Below are positions 35,069-45,423 of a stretch of 64,000 nucleotides of DNA, piece after piece. The translations under genes and the position numbers were made by a program. Location of the stretch: NCBI GenBank assembly GCA_958009085.1, contig OY253675.1, positions 124,001 to 188,000 of the forward strand, written 5' to 3'. The notes beneath the pieces are model-generated. The model saw nothing but the letters and a program-made list of their open reading frames with translations, did not search any database and had not been told where the DNA came from. This stretch comes from Protoeuglena noctilucae (taxonomy: Eukaryota). The stretch's first letter is position 1; each line of letters starts with the position of its first letter.

Positions 35069-38000
35069 TTAACAAAGGCGCATAATCGATATCTTCAGGC
35101 TGTTTGCTGTGTACGAGCTGTTGGTGTTTTGGAATGTTATCGTACTCCCGTACTCGACAGCCACAAATCCATCCCCACTTACTTGGTCAACTACCGCGTT
35201 TCCATTATTATTCACATACATGTATATGTAGCCGCATCCGCGACTATAAAAGTAGTTTCCTTGTACCGTCGTGAGCTCCGCACTTGCAGTAAACATGTAG
35301 TTTGCGCCTATTTCTAAGTACTGAGTAGCGGTAAAGCTATAACTGTTAGCATTCACGTTGATGTTAATCACTTGCAATGGTCCGTTTATGACTTGCATGG
35401 TGTTTGCTATGATTTGTCCCGAATTGTTGATGTGTAGATGAGTCGTCATATTCCCACTCGAGTCTTTCTTCCCGATATTAATAGCAGCAGGTGTATAAGT
35501 GCCCGACATGTACAAATTTAACTGTCCTCCTGAATCCTGACTCAACCCATATGTGTCGCCTGGACCATAGGACTTTTCCAGCATAGAAGGATTATTCGCA
35601 TAAAAGCTGACTGGCTGATGACACCCTATCCCAGACACATCCATGTTGCCACTGATAATCAAATTACCAGACCCTGTGATATTACCAGATACATCGAGAT
35701 TCCCATATACGGTAGCAAAAGACCTCACAATTAGGTCAGTGTTGCAAACTAACTCGCCTGTCAACTCCCCTCCGCTTAAAGGTAGATAACTGCCTGAACT
35801 GATTCTCGTTGACAACGAGTTCAGTTGAGATTGCACATCAGATGTGATGTTTTGACAGTATACGATATATTGCGGAACATTGATAAGGTTCGTCCATGAA
35901 ACGATGCCTGTGATGTTTCCCGATACAGACAGCGACCCTGTGATGGCGCAACCTCCTGCATTTACTCCTAAGATTTCCGAACCGCTGCTCTGGAAGCTCG
36001 CCACCTGATTACCAGCTGATTGATTATTGACCGTGAAGGCCCGGGTCGAAGACGCACACGTGATTCCTGATGCTGTATCGGAGCGCACGAATTGACTGGC
36101 GTTGAACCCGTTCAGTGTGGCTGCATCCGTGGTACTCGTAGTCGTTGTCTGGGTTGAGCTGTTGTATACTACCGTGTTTATGAGGTCAACTGTACTGTAA
36201 TCAGGAGTCCACCTATCGTTGACATAATAATAAGTGACTACAGTCAACCCAGACGATGCTGTGGGGATGGTCCGAGTGTTATTGCCTGCATTGTTCTCTT
36301 CGGTTATCACATAGGAGAACCCAGGCTGCATGATGAGCGTCTTTTGGAGGTAATTGTTAGTACTCGGCGTGGGCAACGGTAGGGTAGCAGCCATGGGAGT
36401 GCCATTGAAGGCGTATGTCAGCAAGAATGGTTGAAACGTGCTGGTTGAATACCCATTGGGGTCAGTTGACAGCGACACGGTAGACGTCTTGTCAGCGTTA
36501 TTGATTTGCACCGTCGACTGGTCCGTAGAAATATACCCGTTGATAATGAGCTTCCCTTGAGCGACCCGGAAGGTTAAAAACTGTGTGTTAATGTGTCCTG
36601 TACTCGGTATACTCACAGGTGTGAATGATGCATACCATTTGTCGGTGGAAGTATCCAGGACAAATACACTTGTGCCTCCATAAGACAAGCGGTCTTGACT
36701 CACCACGCTACCAGCTGTAGTAGCTCCCAGGTCAAAAAGCGACACACCGCTGACGACCGAACCATTCCAGGGCATGCACAAGTACATCAGCTTATTCGTC
36801 GAGTCGAACATCAATCGGCGGTTGAAACTGTACCATGTGTAGCTCAAACCGTAAGCATCGATACATGAAGTCAATTGGGAGACTGTGCCAGTCGGAGTGA
36901 ACTTTATCACCCAGCCCGATGGATATGGTGCGAAATTACTTGAGGCCGTCTTGCCTCCCACGGACACGCTTGTTTGCGATGTAGACCAGTAGCCATAAAT
37001 GTTGCCTTTGTCGTCGCACTCGATATCCATCATCGATAAATTGTTCAATGGGATTACCAGACACGTCTGCACGAATGCACCTGCAGAATTATACCAAAGC
37101 ACGACGTTGGTGTAGGGTGATGATAAATATACCGTGTGTCCCGAACTGGAATTAGTGCTGAGATTATTAATCGTATACGTCCCACCTGAGCCATTGTACA
37201 GGAGACTGACAAAGAGGTTCCCTGACGAATCTGTGGTCAGTCCGCCTATTAAGAGTCCCTCACTCGCGGCATTCAATTGAATAGGGTTAGCCATCATGGA
37301 CACTGACGACCCATTCAAGTACACAAGAGCAACATTATACCCGTACGTACCGGTATTGCTGCCATATAGTTGATTAGGGGAAGTTGTGTATTGCCCTGCA
37401 GTTGTGATGGGTATCAACACGTTTCCGTTCCATAGACATGTCTCCGCAAACCAATTGTTCTGATTGCTTACCGTCATTGTAGTGCTGACAATCTTGTTTT
37501 CCGACACGATAGCTCCGAGGTTGTTCACCGTGAGTTGGACGTAGCCATACTGCATGTCTGTGATGAATCCAGCTGTTCGAACCGAGCCGTCTTGGTTGAG
37601 TGCATCGATGTTGCCGTACTTCACGTAGAATATATACTGAATATTACCATTGGTGAGGACTTCTGCGCCGACGCAAGTGATGTAGTTATTTGTCCCCGAG
37701 CGCGTGACGAACGGCTTCCATGCCCATTGCAGAGCGCCTGCAGCGTCGAACTTGGCTATGTATGTGTCTGAATAATTCGATGTGTTGCTATTAATAGCCA
37801 CTTGGAGGCTAGTGCTTCCATTGAGCGACTGGATGTAGTTTGTTTGCGTCGAGCCTGCCGTGTTGGCGTCCAACGCGATGTACGTATTACCGCTGGAGTC
37901 GATTGCAGAACACACGATATGACCTCTGTCCCATTGGCTGCTTCCCGTGGGATACGTCATGAACAAGCCATACACCCCAGGACTAAGCACGGTGGGTACG

Positions 38001-38272
38001 GTAATGTTAGGTGAGAAATAGGAGTCTTGGGTCAAACTTAGCGTAGCTCCGTTGGTCGTTATTGTCTCCACGTCGAGCGATTGAACACCTGATAGAATCG
38101 TTCCAGTTGATAAATGTCGGATACTTGGAGCGGTCCCGTTGTCTTGGTAAGCTTGACTACTCGGAAGCCACCTGTCATACGCACTGTCGTATACCAACAC
38201 GTCTCCATTCTGTGCATTAGGATTACTTACGGTTTCTTTGAATGTCCTGTTAAAAGCACCGTTCCAACTCAT
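35069..38272 (-). CDS. Putative fibre/receptor-binding virion protein (beta-propeller + phage tail-fibre-like repeats)
   Basis: NGDVLVYD..W, DSSGNTY..IAKFD..G.LQW, DAATLNGFNASQFVRSD, YLPLSGGELTG. S/T/N-rich. Likely ATG at 38272, preceded by the upstream motif. Confidence 0.75.
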   Translation of the reverse strand: MSWNGAFNRTFKETVSNPNAQNGDVLVYDSAYDRWLPSSQAYQDNGTAPSIRHLSTGTILSGVQSLDVETITTNGATLSLTQDSYFSPNITVPTVLSPGVYGLFMTYPTGSSQWDRGHIVCSAIDSSGNTYIALDANTAGSTQTNYIQSLNGSTSLQVAINSNTSNYSDTYIAKFDAAGALQWAWKPFVTRSGTNNYITCVGAEVLTNGNIQYIFYVKYGNIDALNQDGSVRTAGFITDMQYGYVQLTVNNLGAIVSENKIVSTTMTVSNQNNWFAETCLWNGNVLIPITTAGQYTTSPNQLYGSNTGTYGYNVALVYLNGSSVSMMANPIQLNAASEGLLIGGLTTDSSGNLFVSLLYNGSGGTYTINNLSTNSSSGHTVYLSSPYTNVVLWYNSAGAFVQTCLVIPLNNLSMMDIECDDKGNIYGYWSTSQTSVSVGGKTASSNFAPYPSGWVIKFTPTGTVSQLTSCIDAYGLSYTWYSFNRRLMFDSTNKLMYLCMPWNGSVVSGVSLFDLGATTAGSVVSQDRLSYGGTSVFVLDTSTDKWYASFTPVSIPSTGHINTQFLTFRVAQGKLIINGYISTDQSTVQINNADKTSTVSLSTDPNGYSTSTFQPFLLTYAFNGTPMAATLPLPTPSTNNYLQKTLIMQPGFSYVITEENNAGNNTRTIPTASSGLTVVTYYYVNDRWTPDYSTVDLINTVVYNSSTQTTTTSTTDAATLNGFNASQFVRSDTASGITCASSTRAFTVNNQSAGNQVASFQSSGSEILGVNAGGCAITGSLSVSGNITGIVSWTNLINVPQYIVYCQNITSDVQSQLNSLSTRISSGSYLPLSGGELTGELVCNTDLIVRSFATVYGNLDVSGNITGSGNLIISGNMDVSGIGCHQPVSFYANNPSMLEKSYGPGDTYGLSQDSGGQLNLYMSGTYTPAAINIGKKDSSGNMTTHLHINNSGQIIANTMQVINGPLQVININVNANSYSFTATQYLEIGANYMFTASAELTTVQGNYFYSRGCGYIYMYVNNNGNAVVDQVSGDGFVAVEYGSTITFQNTNSSYTANSLKISIMRLC

Positions 38273-38338
38273 ACAAGCTTTTAGAAAAAGCTTAACCAAA
38301 AGTTTCAGAAAAGATGCAAACTTTTTTCTAAAAAGTTT

Positions 38339-38944
38339 ATGGAGAGTATACTCACAGACAATGTGCTACTTCAGTTCGCACAACTGAGTTATGAAAACGA
38401 CGTGCAGACCCGCGAATGGAATCGCGTTGCTGTTGATGAAGGTGGTAAGACTCAGGCATTCGTCCATCCCAAAATCCCAGACCTTGCCGTGGTGACGTTT
38501 CGAGGCACTTCAGACTTTATGGACATCGTTCTTGATATCCAGACGCTCATGGGAGTCGATTTCTCTGGGCGTTTCCAACGTAGTCTCAATTTCGCTTTTG
38601 ACATCGCCAGTAGATATAAATATGTCATCTTTGTCGGCCATAGTCTCGGAAGTCTGATAGCCGGTGTGTGTCAGTGGCAACTCTTTAAGCAAGGAAAGGC
38701 AGCGTACGCATGGATGGTCAATGCTTACGTGCCCCCAAGTATACCTGCCGATATGCTTACGTATAATAAGAATATCAAGGTCTTCTTGAATCTCATGGAC
38801 CCTGTAAGTCGTTTGACGTATTATGATGCCCAATTCCGTGCCGGTACACCAGATGCTCATTGGGTTATAAGGTCGGCAAGCCTTGCTGAGCTCATCCAAC
38901 ATGACCCCCAACGGTGGATCAATCAGGGGGCTGCGGGGCCGTAG
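38339..38944 (+). CDS. Class 3 lipase / alpha-beta hydrolase
   Basis: VVTFRGT, GHSLG nucleophile elbow, DPVS, C-terminal His. Confidence 0.88.
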   Translation: MESILTDNVLLQFAQLSYENDVQTREWNRVAVDEGGKTQAFVHPKIPDLAVVTFRGTSDFMDIVLDIQTLMGVDFSGRFQRSLNFAFDIASRYKYVIFVGHSLGSLIAGVCQWQLFKQGKAAYAWMVNAYVPPSIPADMLTYNKNIKVFLNLMDPVSRLTYYDAQFRAGTPDAHWVIRSASLAELIQHDPQRWINQGAAGP

Positions 38945-39042
38945 GCTGGTTGGACGTTCGTCCCCCCTTGAACCCCCGCCACTTTATCGCGCGTTAGGGG
39001 TAGAGGGGACAAAGTCCCTCTAGTTTTTTTAAAAGCTCATAT

Positions 39043-40319
39043 ATGTCGACGTCCGTCATGAGCACCGCGCCCCTGGCCTTCAAAGCCCGCAAGCTGATGG
39101 ACAACCTTGCTCGCAAGACCGTCCGTATTTACCCCGACACCTCTGGTACCAAGACTGGTGGCCAGCAGGTCGTCTTTACTCTTCCCGTGGACCACATCCT
39201 GGACCTCAAGACGCTCAAGGTTTGGTAAAATTTGACGAATGCAGACGTAACAGTAGATAATAATTACATTGGCCCCATGTCCAGTTATGCATACATAAAA
39301 AATATCTCTATTTCCGTGAATGGTCGTACGGTGACTCAGGCCGATAACTGGGGTGCCATTGAGGCTTATCTTGACCAGATGCGTCGAGGTGAAATCGAAC
39401 TTTCCTCCGATGGAGCAAGTTATGCTCCAGATATTAGCATAGGTACCTCACAGTACGTTGCGGTAAATGGATTCCCAGACACGTGGCTCTCTGGAGAGTT
39501 CATGAGGTACATGCCGACAAGTATGTTTAAAGACACAAAGATTACGCTGACTCTTGCTGACCCGATTTCTGTTGCTTTTACTGCGACTAATGGTATAGAA
39601 CCTGGTTATGCTGTTATGCCTACCCCTGCAAAAATAAAGCTAGTGCTGGTACCGTAAGTTACACGGGTCAGTGGATATCTTGTGATGCTCTGATGTTTAG
39701 CGACTCAAGTTACACAGAGGAAATCTTGGATGCCATTGAGCACGACGCGAATGGTCTGTCTATTCCATACTCCAACATCATTATCCAGCCTTCCGACACT
39801 GTCACCGGTGGGACGCTAACTTTCTCCAAGAGGTACACGTCTGATTCCGTTAACAAGCTTCTTGCGGTGATGAAAGCTGCGGATGGTTCTAACCCACTTT
39901 CCAACTCCGGACCTGGGAGTGTTACTGCGTTGCAGACATCCACTTAGTATTTTAAGATTGGTGGATACCGTCTCAATGACCAGGACATCAACGGTTTTGA
40001 GGCATTCACGACCTTTAAGAACACATTCGGCTGTAAGCGTCCTACGAACATGTTGGGTCAGTGGGATTCTCCTGCTTTCTGTATGTCCACGGACTTGTGT
40101 CTGCCTGGACTCGTCTCTGGATATAACACGTACCGCGCTGCTGCAGACATCAGTCTGTTTGCAAGTGGGCTGACAGTACCATCTGGTGGCGGAATCGTGT
40201 ATGTAGCCGCGTTCGTGACCTCCAGGTGTGTCGTCGACAAGAATACGGGTCTGAACCAAATCAATCAGGGACTCCGTCCCTATAACCCTGGAGGGGCCTT
40301 CGGCCCCATAGTTTGTTAG
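39043..40319 (+). pseudogene. Major capsid protein (PLV double jelly-roll type), disrupted
   Basis: One ~425-codon gene rebuilt across TAA 39226, a frameshift at ~39635 and TAG 39945. VVFTLP..LDLKTL, IKNISISVNG, LSIPY, YFKIGG, LVSGYNT resemble PLV MCPs. Confidence 0.78.
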
Positions 40320-40391
40320 GCGGCTGAAAGCCGTAGGGGCTACGCCCCCGTAGGCCGTCGCGGCGGCGCCGCTCTTTTTCTAAAGTTAATT

Positions 40392-40838
40392 ATGGGGATA
40401 GAGACAGGCCTGTTCACGAAAATACCGCTCGTATCCGAAAACAAACAAAACCAAGCTTACAGCCACTTTGGGTTTAATACTCCTGAACTCCAGGGAGTTC
40501 TCAACCGCAACCATGTCGAGTGGAAACAGCCGTTGCGAGGGCTTGCTGGGAGTGCTGCAGAGCGTGCGTGGCGCGTGTGTGATGGTATGCGTCCTTGGAA
40601 ACCCGCTCCTGGTGGCTGGCTGAACGACATTGTTATTAGAAGTGGCCCTAAGCGAGCGACGCGTGTTGTTCCCAACGCATCTGCCTTTGGCTTACAGCCT
40701 CCAAAGTATATCATTGCCCCTGCTCCAAACAACCCCCTGTATACGCAGACGCAAGCATCGGGTGCCATTTACCCAGCCCAATCGAAAACCGGAACTCCGT
40801 ATGTGCGCGAGAAGGCGGGTGGTGTAGAACCCTTCTAG
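40392..40838 (+). CDS. Viral hypothetical protein (148 aa)
   Basis: ATG preceded by TTTTCTAAAG. Confidence 0.7.
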   Translation: MGIETGLFTKIPLVSENKQNQAYSHFGFNTPELQGVLNRNHVEWKQPLRGLAGSAAERAWRVCDGMRPWKPAPGGWLNDIVIRSGPKRATRVVPNASAFGLQPPKYIIAPAPNNPLYTQTQASGAIYPAQSKTGTPYVREKAGGVEPF

Positions 40839-40933
40839 GGGACTAAGGGACCTACGTCCCGACGGCCGAAGGCCTCCCCTTACCCCTGACGGCGGCGCAG
40901 CTGCCCTTTGATGAAACTTTTCTAAAGTTTCTT

Positions 40934-41407
40934 ATGGATATAGACGCCAGTGCGCTGAGTCTCGAATGGGAGACTAAGCTTAAGTCGTCAGCACCTCAGA
41001 ATATCCAAGCTTTCTTGACGGAAGCAGAAAAGCTTTACAGAGCATCTACCGACCCATCCCGTGGGACTGCTCTGGCCCTGTGCATTCAGACCGCCCTTGA
41101 TGACGAAGATGGAATCGCTCACCCGGCACACGAAGACGCGATGAAAGTCGTCCAAGTTGCAAAAACCAAAATCGATTCCTTTTATGACCACATGGGCGTG
41201 ATTAAGGTGCTCGCCAAGCTCGTTCGAAAGTCTCTTCACCGCGATAGATGGCTCGACGTTTTGCAGCTTGCCATAAAGAAGCTCGTAGATTCCAACCCCG
41301 GTCTGACCAAGACCGTCTTGGACGCTCTGAAAAATATAGTGCTCACAGACCTCGAGAGCATCGCGTTATCTGCCCTAAAACGAGCCGGTACGTTTCTATG
41401 CCATTAA
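40934..41407 (+). CDS. Viral hypothetical helical protein (157 aa)
   Basis: ATG preceded by TTTTCTAAAG. Confidence 0.7.
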   Translation: MDIDASALSLEWETKLKSSAPQNIQAFLTEAEKLYRASTDPSRGTALALCIQTALDDEDGIAHPAHEDAMKVVQVAKTKIDSFYDHMGVIKVLAKLVRKSLHRDRWLDVLQLAIKKLVDSNPGLTKTVLDALKNIVLTDLESIALSALKRAGTFLCH

Positions 41408-41540
41408 GACTCACGGAACAAGAGTGACCGTTGAAATTATCCGCGGAGTAGTCATGATGATTCTGTTTAACGTTCACCCGTTAGGAGCATTGCATATATA
41501 GGGGGCCCTTTTTGCCGCTTCTTTTTTTAAAAGCTCATGT

Positions 41541-41837
41541 ATGGTGACACTCACGAGCGATGGCGATGTCGTTGCAAACCTCAAGGTCGTGAACGGTAAG
41601 CTGGTGGACACTGACACAGGGGGCAACGCCCCCTCAGACCCCCATGGCGGCGCCCTCGTTGTAGATGTTCTCGATGTGCTTGACCTCGTTATTGCAGAGC
41701 GTGAGCTCAATGGAGTCACGGAACCACCTGTGTTGAGTCTTGCAAAAGGGCACCGCTCTGTAGACTTTAAATATGTTCCCGGGATCAACGCTGAGAAACT
41801 TTTGAAGGTCGTGGAGTTGCTTGACAAACTCGCATAA
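41541..41837 (+). CDS. Viral hypothetical protein (98 aa)
   Basis: ATG preceded by TTTTTTAAAAG. Confidence 0.65.
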   Translation: MVTLTSDGDVVANLKVVNGKLVDTDTGGNAPSDPHGGALVVDVLDVLDLVIAERELNGVTEPPVLSLAKGHRSVDFKYVPGINAEKLLKVVELLDKLA

Positions 41838-41957
41838 GGGCTCCGAGGACGTACGTCCAACTGGCCTTCGGCCCCTTGTTTTTTTTATTTAATTAAATTG
41901 TTTATTGTTAATTTTATTGTTTTTTTAATTTAATTGTTTTTATTTATTTAATTTAAT

Positions 41958-42242
41958 TTGAATTGGACCCGTGATATCGTCGTTCATGCTAATTTTTGCA
42001 ATCGGAGTTATTCTTCTGTCCCAGGCGGCGGTGTGAATCGTGGAAACGTTCTTATAGAACTACCTATAAGCGACCAACAGGACGGACTCGTGTACAATGG
42101 AAGAGAGTCCGATGCTCACATTATCATCGATGAGGAAATTAACGGTCTTTTGGCACCACAGATATATATCACAGACGGAGACGGAAACATAATCACAGCA
42201 AAACTCCCTTGGACCCTGACGCTGAATGTTAGTACCTATTAG
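41958..42242 (+). pseudogene. C-terminal fragment of putative minor capsid (penton) protein
   Basis: NVLIELPI..LVY..IYITDGDG..PWTLTL matches the single jelly-roll penton C-terminal pattern. No ATG; abuts an A/T tract. Confidence 0.55.
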
Positions 42243-42367
42243 GGAAGGGGTTGCACCCCTTTGAAACCCCGCAGGCCTTCGGCCCCAATTTGGTTGAGGC
42301 GGCTGAAAGCCGTAGGGGCTACGCCCCCGTAGGCCAATCGCACTGCTTCTTTTTTAAAGGTCATAAT

Positions 42368-43135
42368 ATGCCACGTATAGCACCAAACATAGTAAGACCT
42401 GAAGCAGGAAGGGATGAGACTGAACGCGAACTTAACAGCCATGACAAAGCGGGATTACACCGACTTTATATCAAATTGAGAGACGAATATCATCACACAT
42501 TTGTACATTTAGAGTCAGCACAGTCTGCCACAACGGTCCTTACTGATTTAGCGGATGCGCGGCTTATATCGATGGGAGCTGAAGAAATACATAACGTAAA
42601 AGATAGATTTATGATACGAGTATCTCAACTAATACAGAGTGAGTATAATTACAACAACGGTCGAAAAGGAGCTCATAAAAGAATGTACCGGGACCCATGG
42701 ACGGGTGATGAACGAGAAGCACTTTACTGCATGGCTATTGACATAACTTCGAATAAGTTTGATAGAAGAGTACACACCCGAATCAATGCTGCTGAAGAAG
42801 CAGCATCAAACCGACTTCCTGACCCAGAACACGAAATCCCCGAACCAGACCGCAGACCGGAAGCGAGCGAGACTCAAGTACATGAGCCGGTAGACCCTAT
42901 ACCAAACGTTAGAGACCCAGCTCTCGAACCAATAGCCGAAGGCCAATCTGGGGCCTCGGGGCTTCGCTTGGTCTCAGATTCTTCCGCACAAACAGCAAGC
43001 CAACAAGCGAGGGTGATTGCTGTGAACGCATTGGCTGGAAACATTATGTTCGTAAACAATCCGCTTGCACAAATCCCAGCACTTCTGAGAAGCAGGCAGC
43101 GAATTCGATACGAAAATTTACTTGGTAACTATTAA
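42368..43135 (+). CDS. Viral hypothetical protein with C-terminal QIPALL..YENLLG motif (A)
   Basis: ATG at 42368 after the duplicated upstream cassette. Confidence 0.75.
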   Translation: MPRIAPNIVRPEAGRDETERELNSHDKAGLHRLYIKLRDEYHHTFVHLESAQSATTVLTDLADARLISMGAEEIHNVKDRFMIRVSQLIQSEYNYNNGRKGAHKRMYRDPWTGDEREALYCMAIDITSNKFDRRVHTRINAAEEAASNRLPDPEHEIPEPDRRPEASETQVHEPVDPIPNVRDPALEPIAEGQSGASGLRLVSDSSAQTASQQARVIAVNALAGNIMFVNNPLAQIPALLRSRQRIRYENLLGNY

Positions 43136-43317
43136 GGAAGGGGTAAGGGACGTACTTCCCGACGGCCTACGGCCACCCCTTTGAAACCCCCCAGAAGGGG
43201 CAGCACTACGTGCATCGCGGCTTCGCCGCTGCCCCATTTTTGGTTGAGGCGGCTGAAAGCCGTAGGGGCTACGCCCCCGTAGGCCAATCGCACTGCTTCA
43301 TTTTTAAAGGTCATCAT

Positions 43318-44127
43318 ATGTTAGGATACACAGTAGAAACGTCCCTTACTACGTCCGACGTAAAAGTGATACACCACTTTGTAAAAAACCTTGATTTACC
43401 TCTGGATCAGCCAGGAAAGTGGCTGATCATAGCATTGGATATCCGCAAAATGTTTTCTATTAACTTGGACCAGTTTGAATCTATTATGTTGAATCGCGAG
43501 ATTCAGCGACTGGGTCAACTTTTAGTATCTTCCAGAAATTCCAAAAACCCAAAAAAAATCGTAATTGATGTGATTTATTCGAATCCATTAAAGCCAGATG
43601 AAACGAGCTTGCAATCTAGGGTCATGACGCATTACTATGCGCTTGATCCAGACGCAAAGTTCTTTAGCGCTGATGTTGAGAGAGCCATTACGACATTCGA
43701 TGACGCAAATATTGATATCCATACCAATCCGCTATTCCAACCTCAGCCAGGAGATAATCCAGGTGATACGGCAAGTGAGTACATTGACAATTTGCTCCGA
43801 CAAGGCGAAACTTCGAAACCTGATGGAAGCCAACCGGATGAACCAAGTCCTGAACAACTCGCGGGGGGCGTTGCCCCCCAACCCCCAACAGGGGGCACAG
43901 GGCAAAGTGGCGATGCGGCTACAGGAGGCCCCGAAGGCCTCCCAACGACAGGTACAGGTACAGGGGGCCAGACGAATGGGGAGCTCGGGGGGGCGGCGCC
44001 CGGAGTTCAAGGGGGCTCTGCCCCTTTATACAATATTAATTTGCCGCCACCTGGTATGACTCAAATCCCCGCTCTTTTGATGAGTCGCCGTAAGATTCAT
44101 TATGAAAACCTGTTGGGGTTCTACTAA
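43318..44127 (+). CDS. Viral hypothetical protein with C-terminal QIPALL..YENLLG motif (B)
   Basis: ATG at 43318 after the duplicated upstream cassette. Confidence 0.75.
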   Translation: MLGYTVETSLTTSDVKVIHHFVKNLDLPLDQPGKWLIIALDIRKMFSINLDQFESIMLNREIQRLGQLLVSSRNSKNPKKIVIDVIYSNPLKPDETSLQSRVMTHYYALDPDAKFFSADVERAITTFDDANIDIHTNPLFQPQPGDNPGDTASEYIDNLLRQGETSKPDGSQPDEPSPEQLAGGVAPQPPTGGTGQSGDAATGGPEGLPTTGTGTGGQTNGELGGAAPGVQGGSAPLYNINLPPPGMTQIPALLMSRRKIHYENLLGFY

Positions 44128-44230
44128 GAAAGGGCGCTGCCCTTTCTAAACCTGACGGTATGGAGGTGGCCGAATTCCCCTTTTTATCGCCTTGATGTGA
44201 TTACGATTTTTGTTTTGTAGCATCTTGTAT

Positions 44231-44953
44231 ATGCACAAGATAACGGGAGACTTGGCCATTAAAAGAATCCCTGATGATGTCGAAGACGCTCGTAAAGCTC
44301 CCGAAGGACTGCCAGCCATTGCTAAGGACAACCAGCAGTTATTCGGGTACTTTGTGGCCGGCATTGGATGCGGTAAGACGACTTTTCTGCTACGATTGCT
44401 CGAGAAGTATTTAAAAACACACTCGTTCGATTATGTCTTTTGGTGTAGTCCTACGAGTACGCGCGATAAGAAAGTACGATCTGTCCTCGGAAAGGCGCCC
44501 GCGGGGGTTCAAATAGTCTACGATACCGATTTTCCATTCACCGAAATCGAACAGCTCATCGATGAGAAGCTGGAGGAATACGACCTCACGCTGAAGTACA
44601 TCCCCGTGTATAGGAAATATCTCCGTTTGTATAAGTCAGTAAAGCACGACTCCGAAGAAGAAGAAATCCTCGAACTCTTCAGCGATGACGAGCTTGAGCT
44701 TCTTAATCACTTCGAATTCGAACCTCCGACCAAGTAGAGGAGCATGGTTAATATTTTCGCGCTGTGGAGATGCGCGAATCCCAAAATCAAAAAGGCCATG
44801 GCTGAGACGATGTGTGGGCAGTACCTGACACCGGATAAATTCCTTGAACTATGGAACACCGCAACCAAGGATGATATTCATGACGCTTTTGTGGGAATCC
44901 TTCAGTCACCAGAAGGCGAACGATTCCGAAAAAACCTCAACGAAAGCTTTTGA
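44231..44953 (+). pseudogene. A32/FtsK-like packaging ATPase, disrupted
   Basis: Walker A AGIGCGKTT, FDYVFWCSPT, C-terminal ERFRKNL. In-frame TAG at 44735 where the Walker B/RH segment should be. Confidence 0.78.
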
Positions 44954-44973
44954 AAAAAGCTTGCAAAATGCCC

Positions 44974-45399
44974 TTAAAAGTAGTCTACGAGCTTCCTCGT
45001 GTTCCCAGTACGACGAGACTCCTGAATCGCCTCGCGCACCTCGGTCTCGCGCATCGTGCGTTCTTGGGGTGGAGCTTCTTGGACATATTTCGAGGATACC
45101 GTCTTGATATTGTAAAGACGTTCCAGCAAAGCTTTCTCTTTCAGCTCTAGCTCCTTTTGCTTGACTTCGAGTTCCAGGTTCTGGAGGTCTTTTTCTTTCT
45201 GCTTCACTGACTTCAGTACAGTCTCATGCTGAAGGCGCTCCTCCTTGCGTTGGGTTTGAACTTCACGGGCCTTTTTTAGGTTCTCCAATCGCTTAGAAAT
45301 CGCCACAGGGGGCGCAGGAGCCGTGGTTTCTTGCTCTTGTCCGGGGGTTGGGGTGGAAAGTTCAGGTTCAGGCTCCGAGACAGGTTTCTTGAGGACCAT
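44974..45399 (-). CDS. Coiled-coil viral protein (RLENLKKARE)
   Basis: 141-aa ATG-started ORF, K/E-rich. Confidence 0.7.
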   Translation of the reverse strand: MVLKKPVSEPEPELSTPTPGQEQETTAPAPPVAISKRLENLKKAREVQTQRKEERLQHETVLKSVKQKEKDLQNLELEVKQKELELKEKALLERLYNIKTVSSKYVQEAPPQERTMRETEVREAIQESRRTGNTRKLVDYF

Positions 45400-45423
45400 T
45401 TATATACATGCAAACAAAATAAT

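Noticed and set aside
32033..44737. TAA/TAG reassigned to Gln (as in some ulvophytes) to explain in-frame stops
   Set aside because: Many viral and host genes end at TAA/TAG at their expected C-termini. The MCP also has a frameshift and the ATPase a deletion, so decay explains the stops better.
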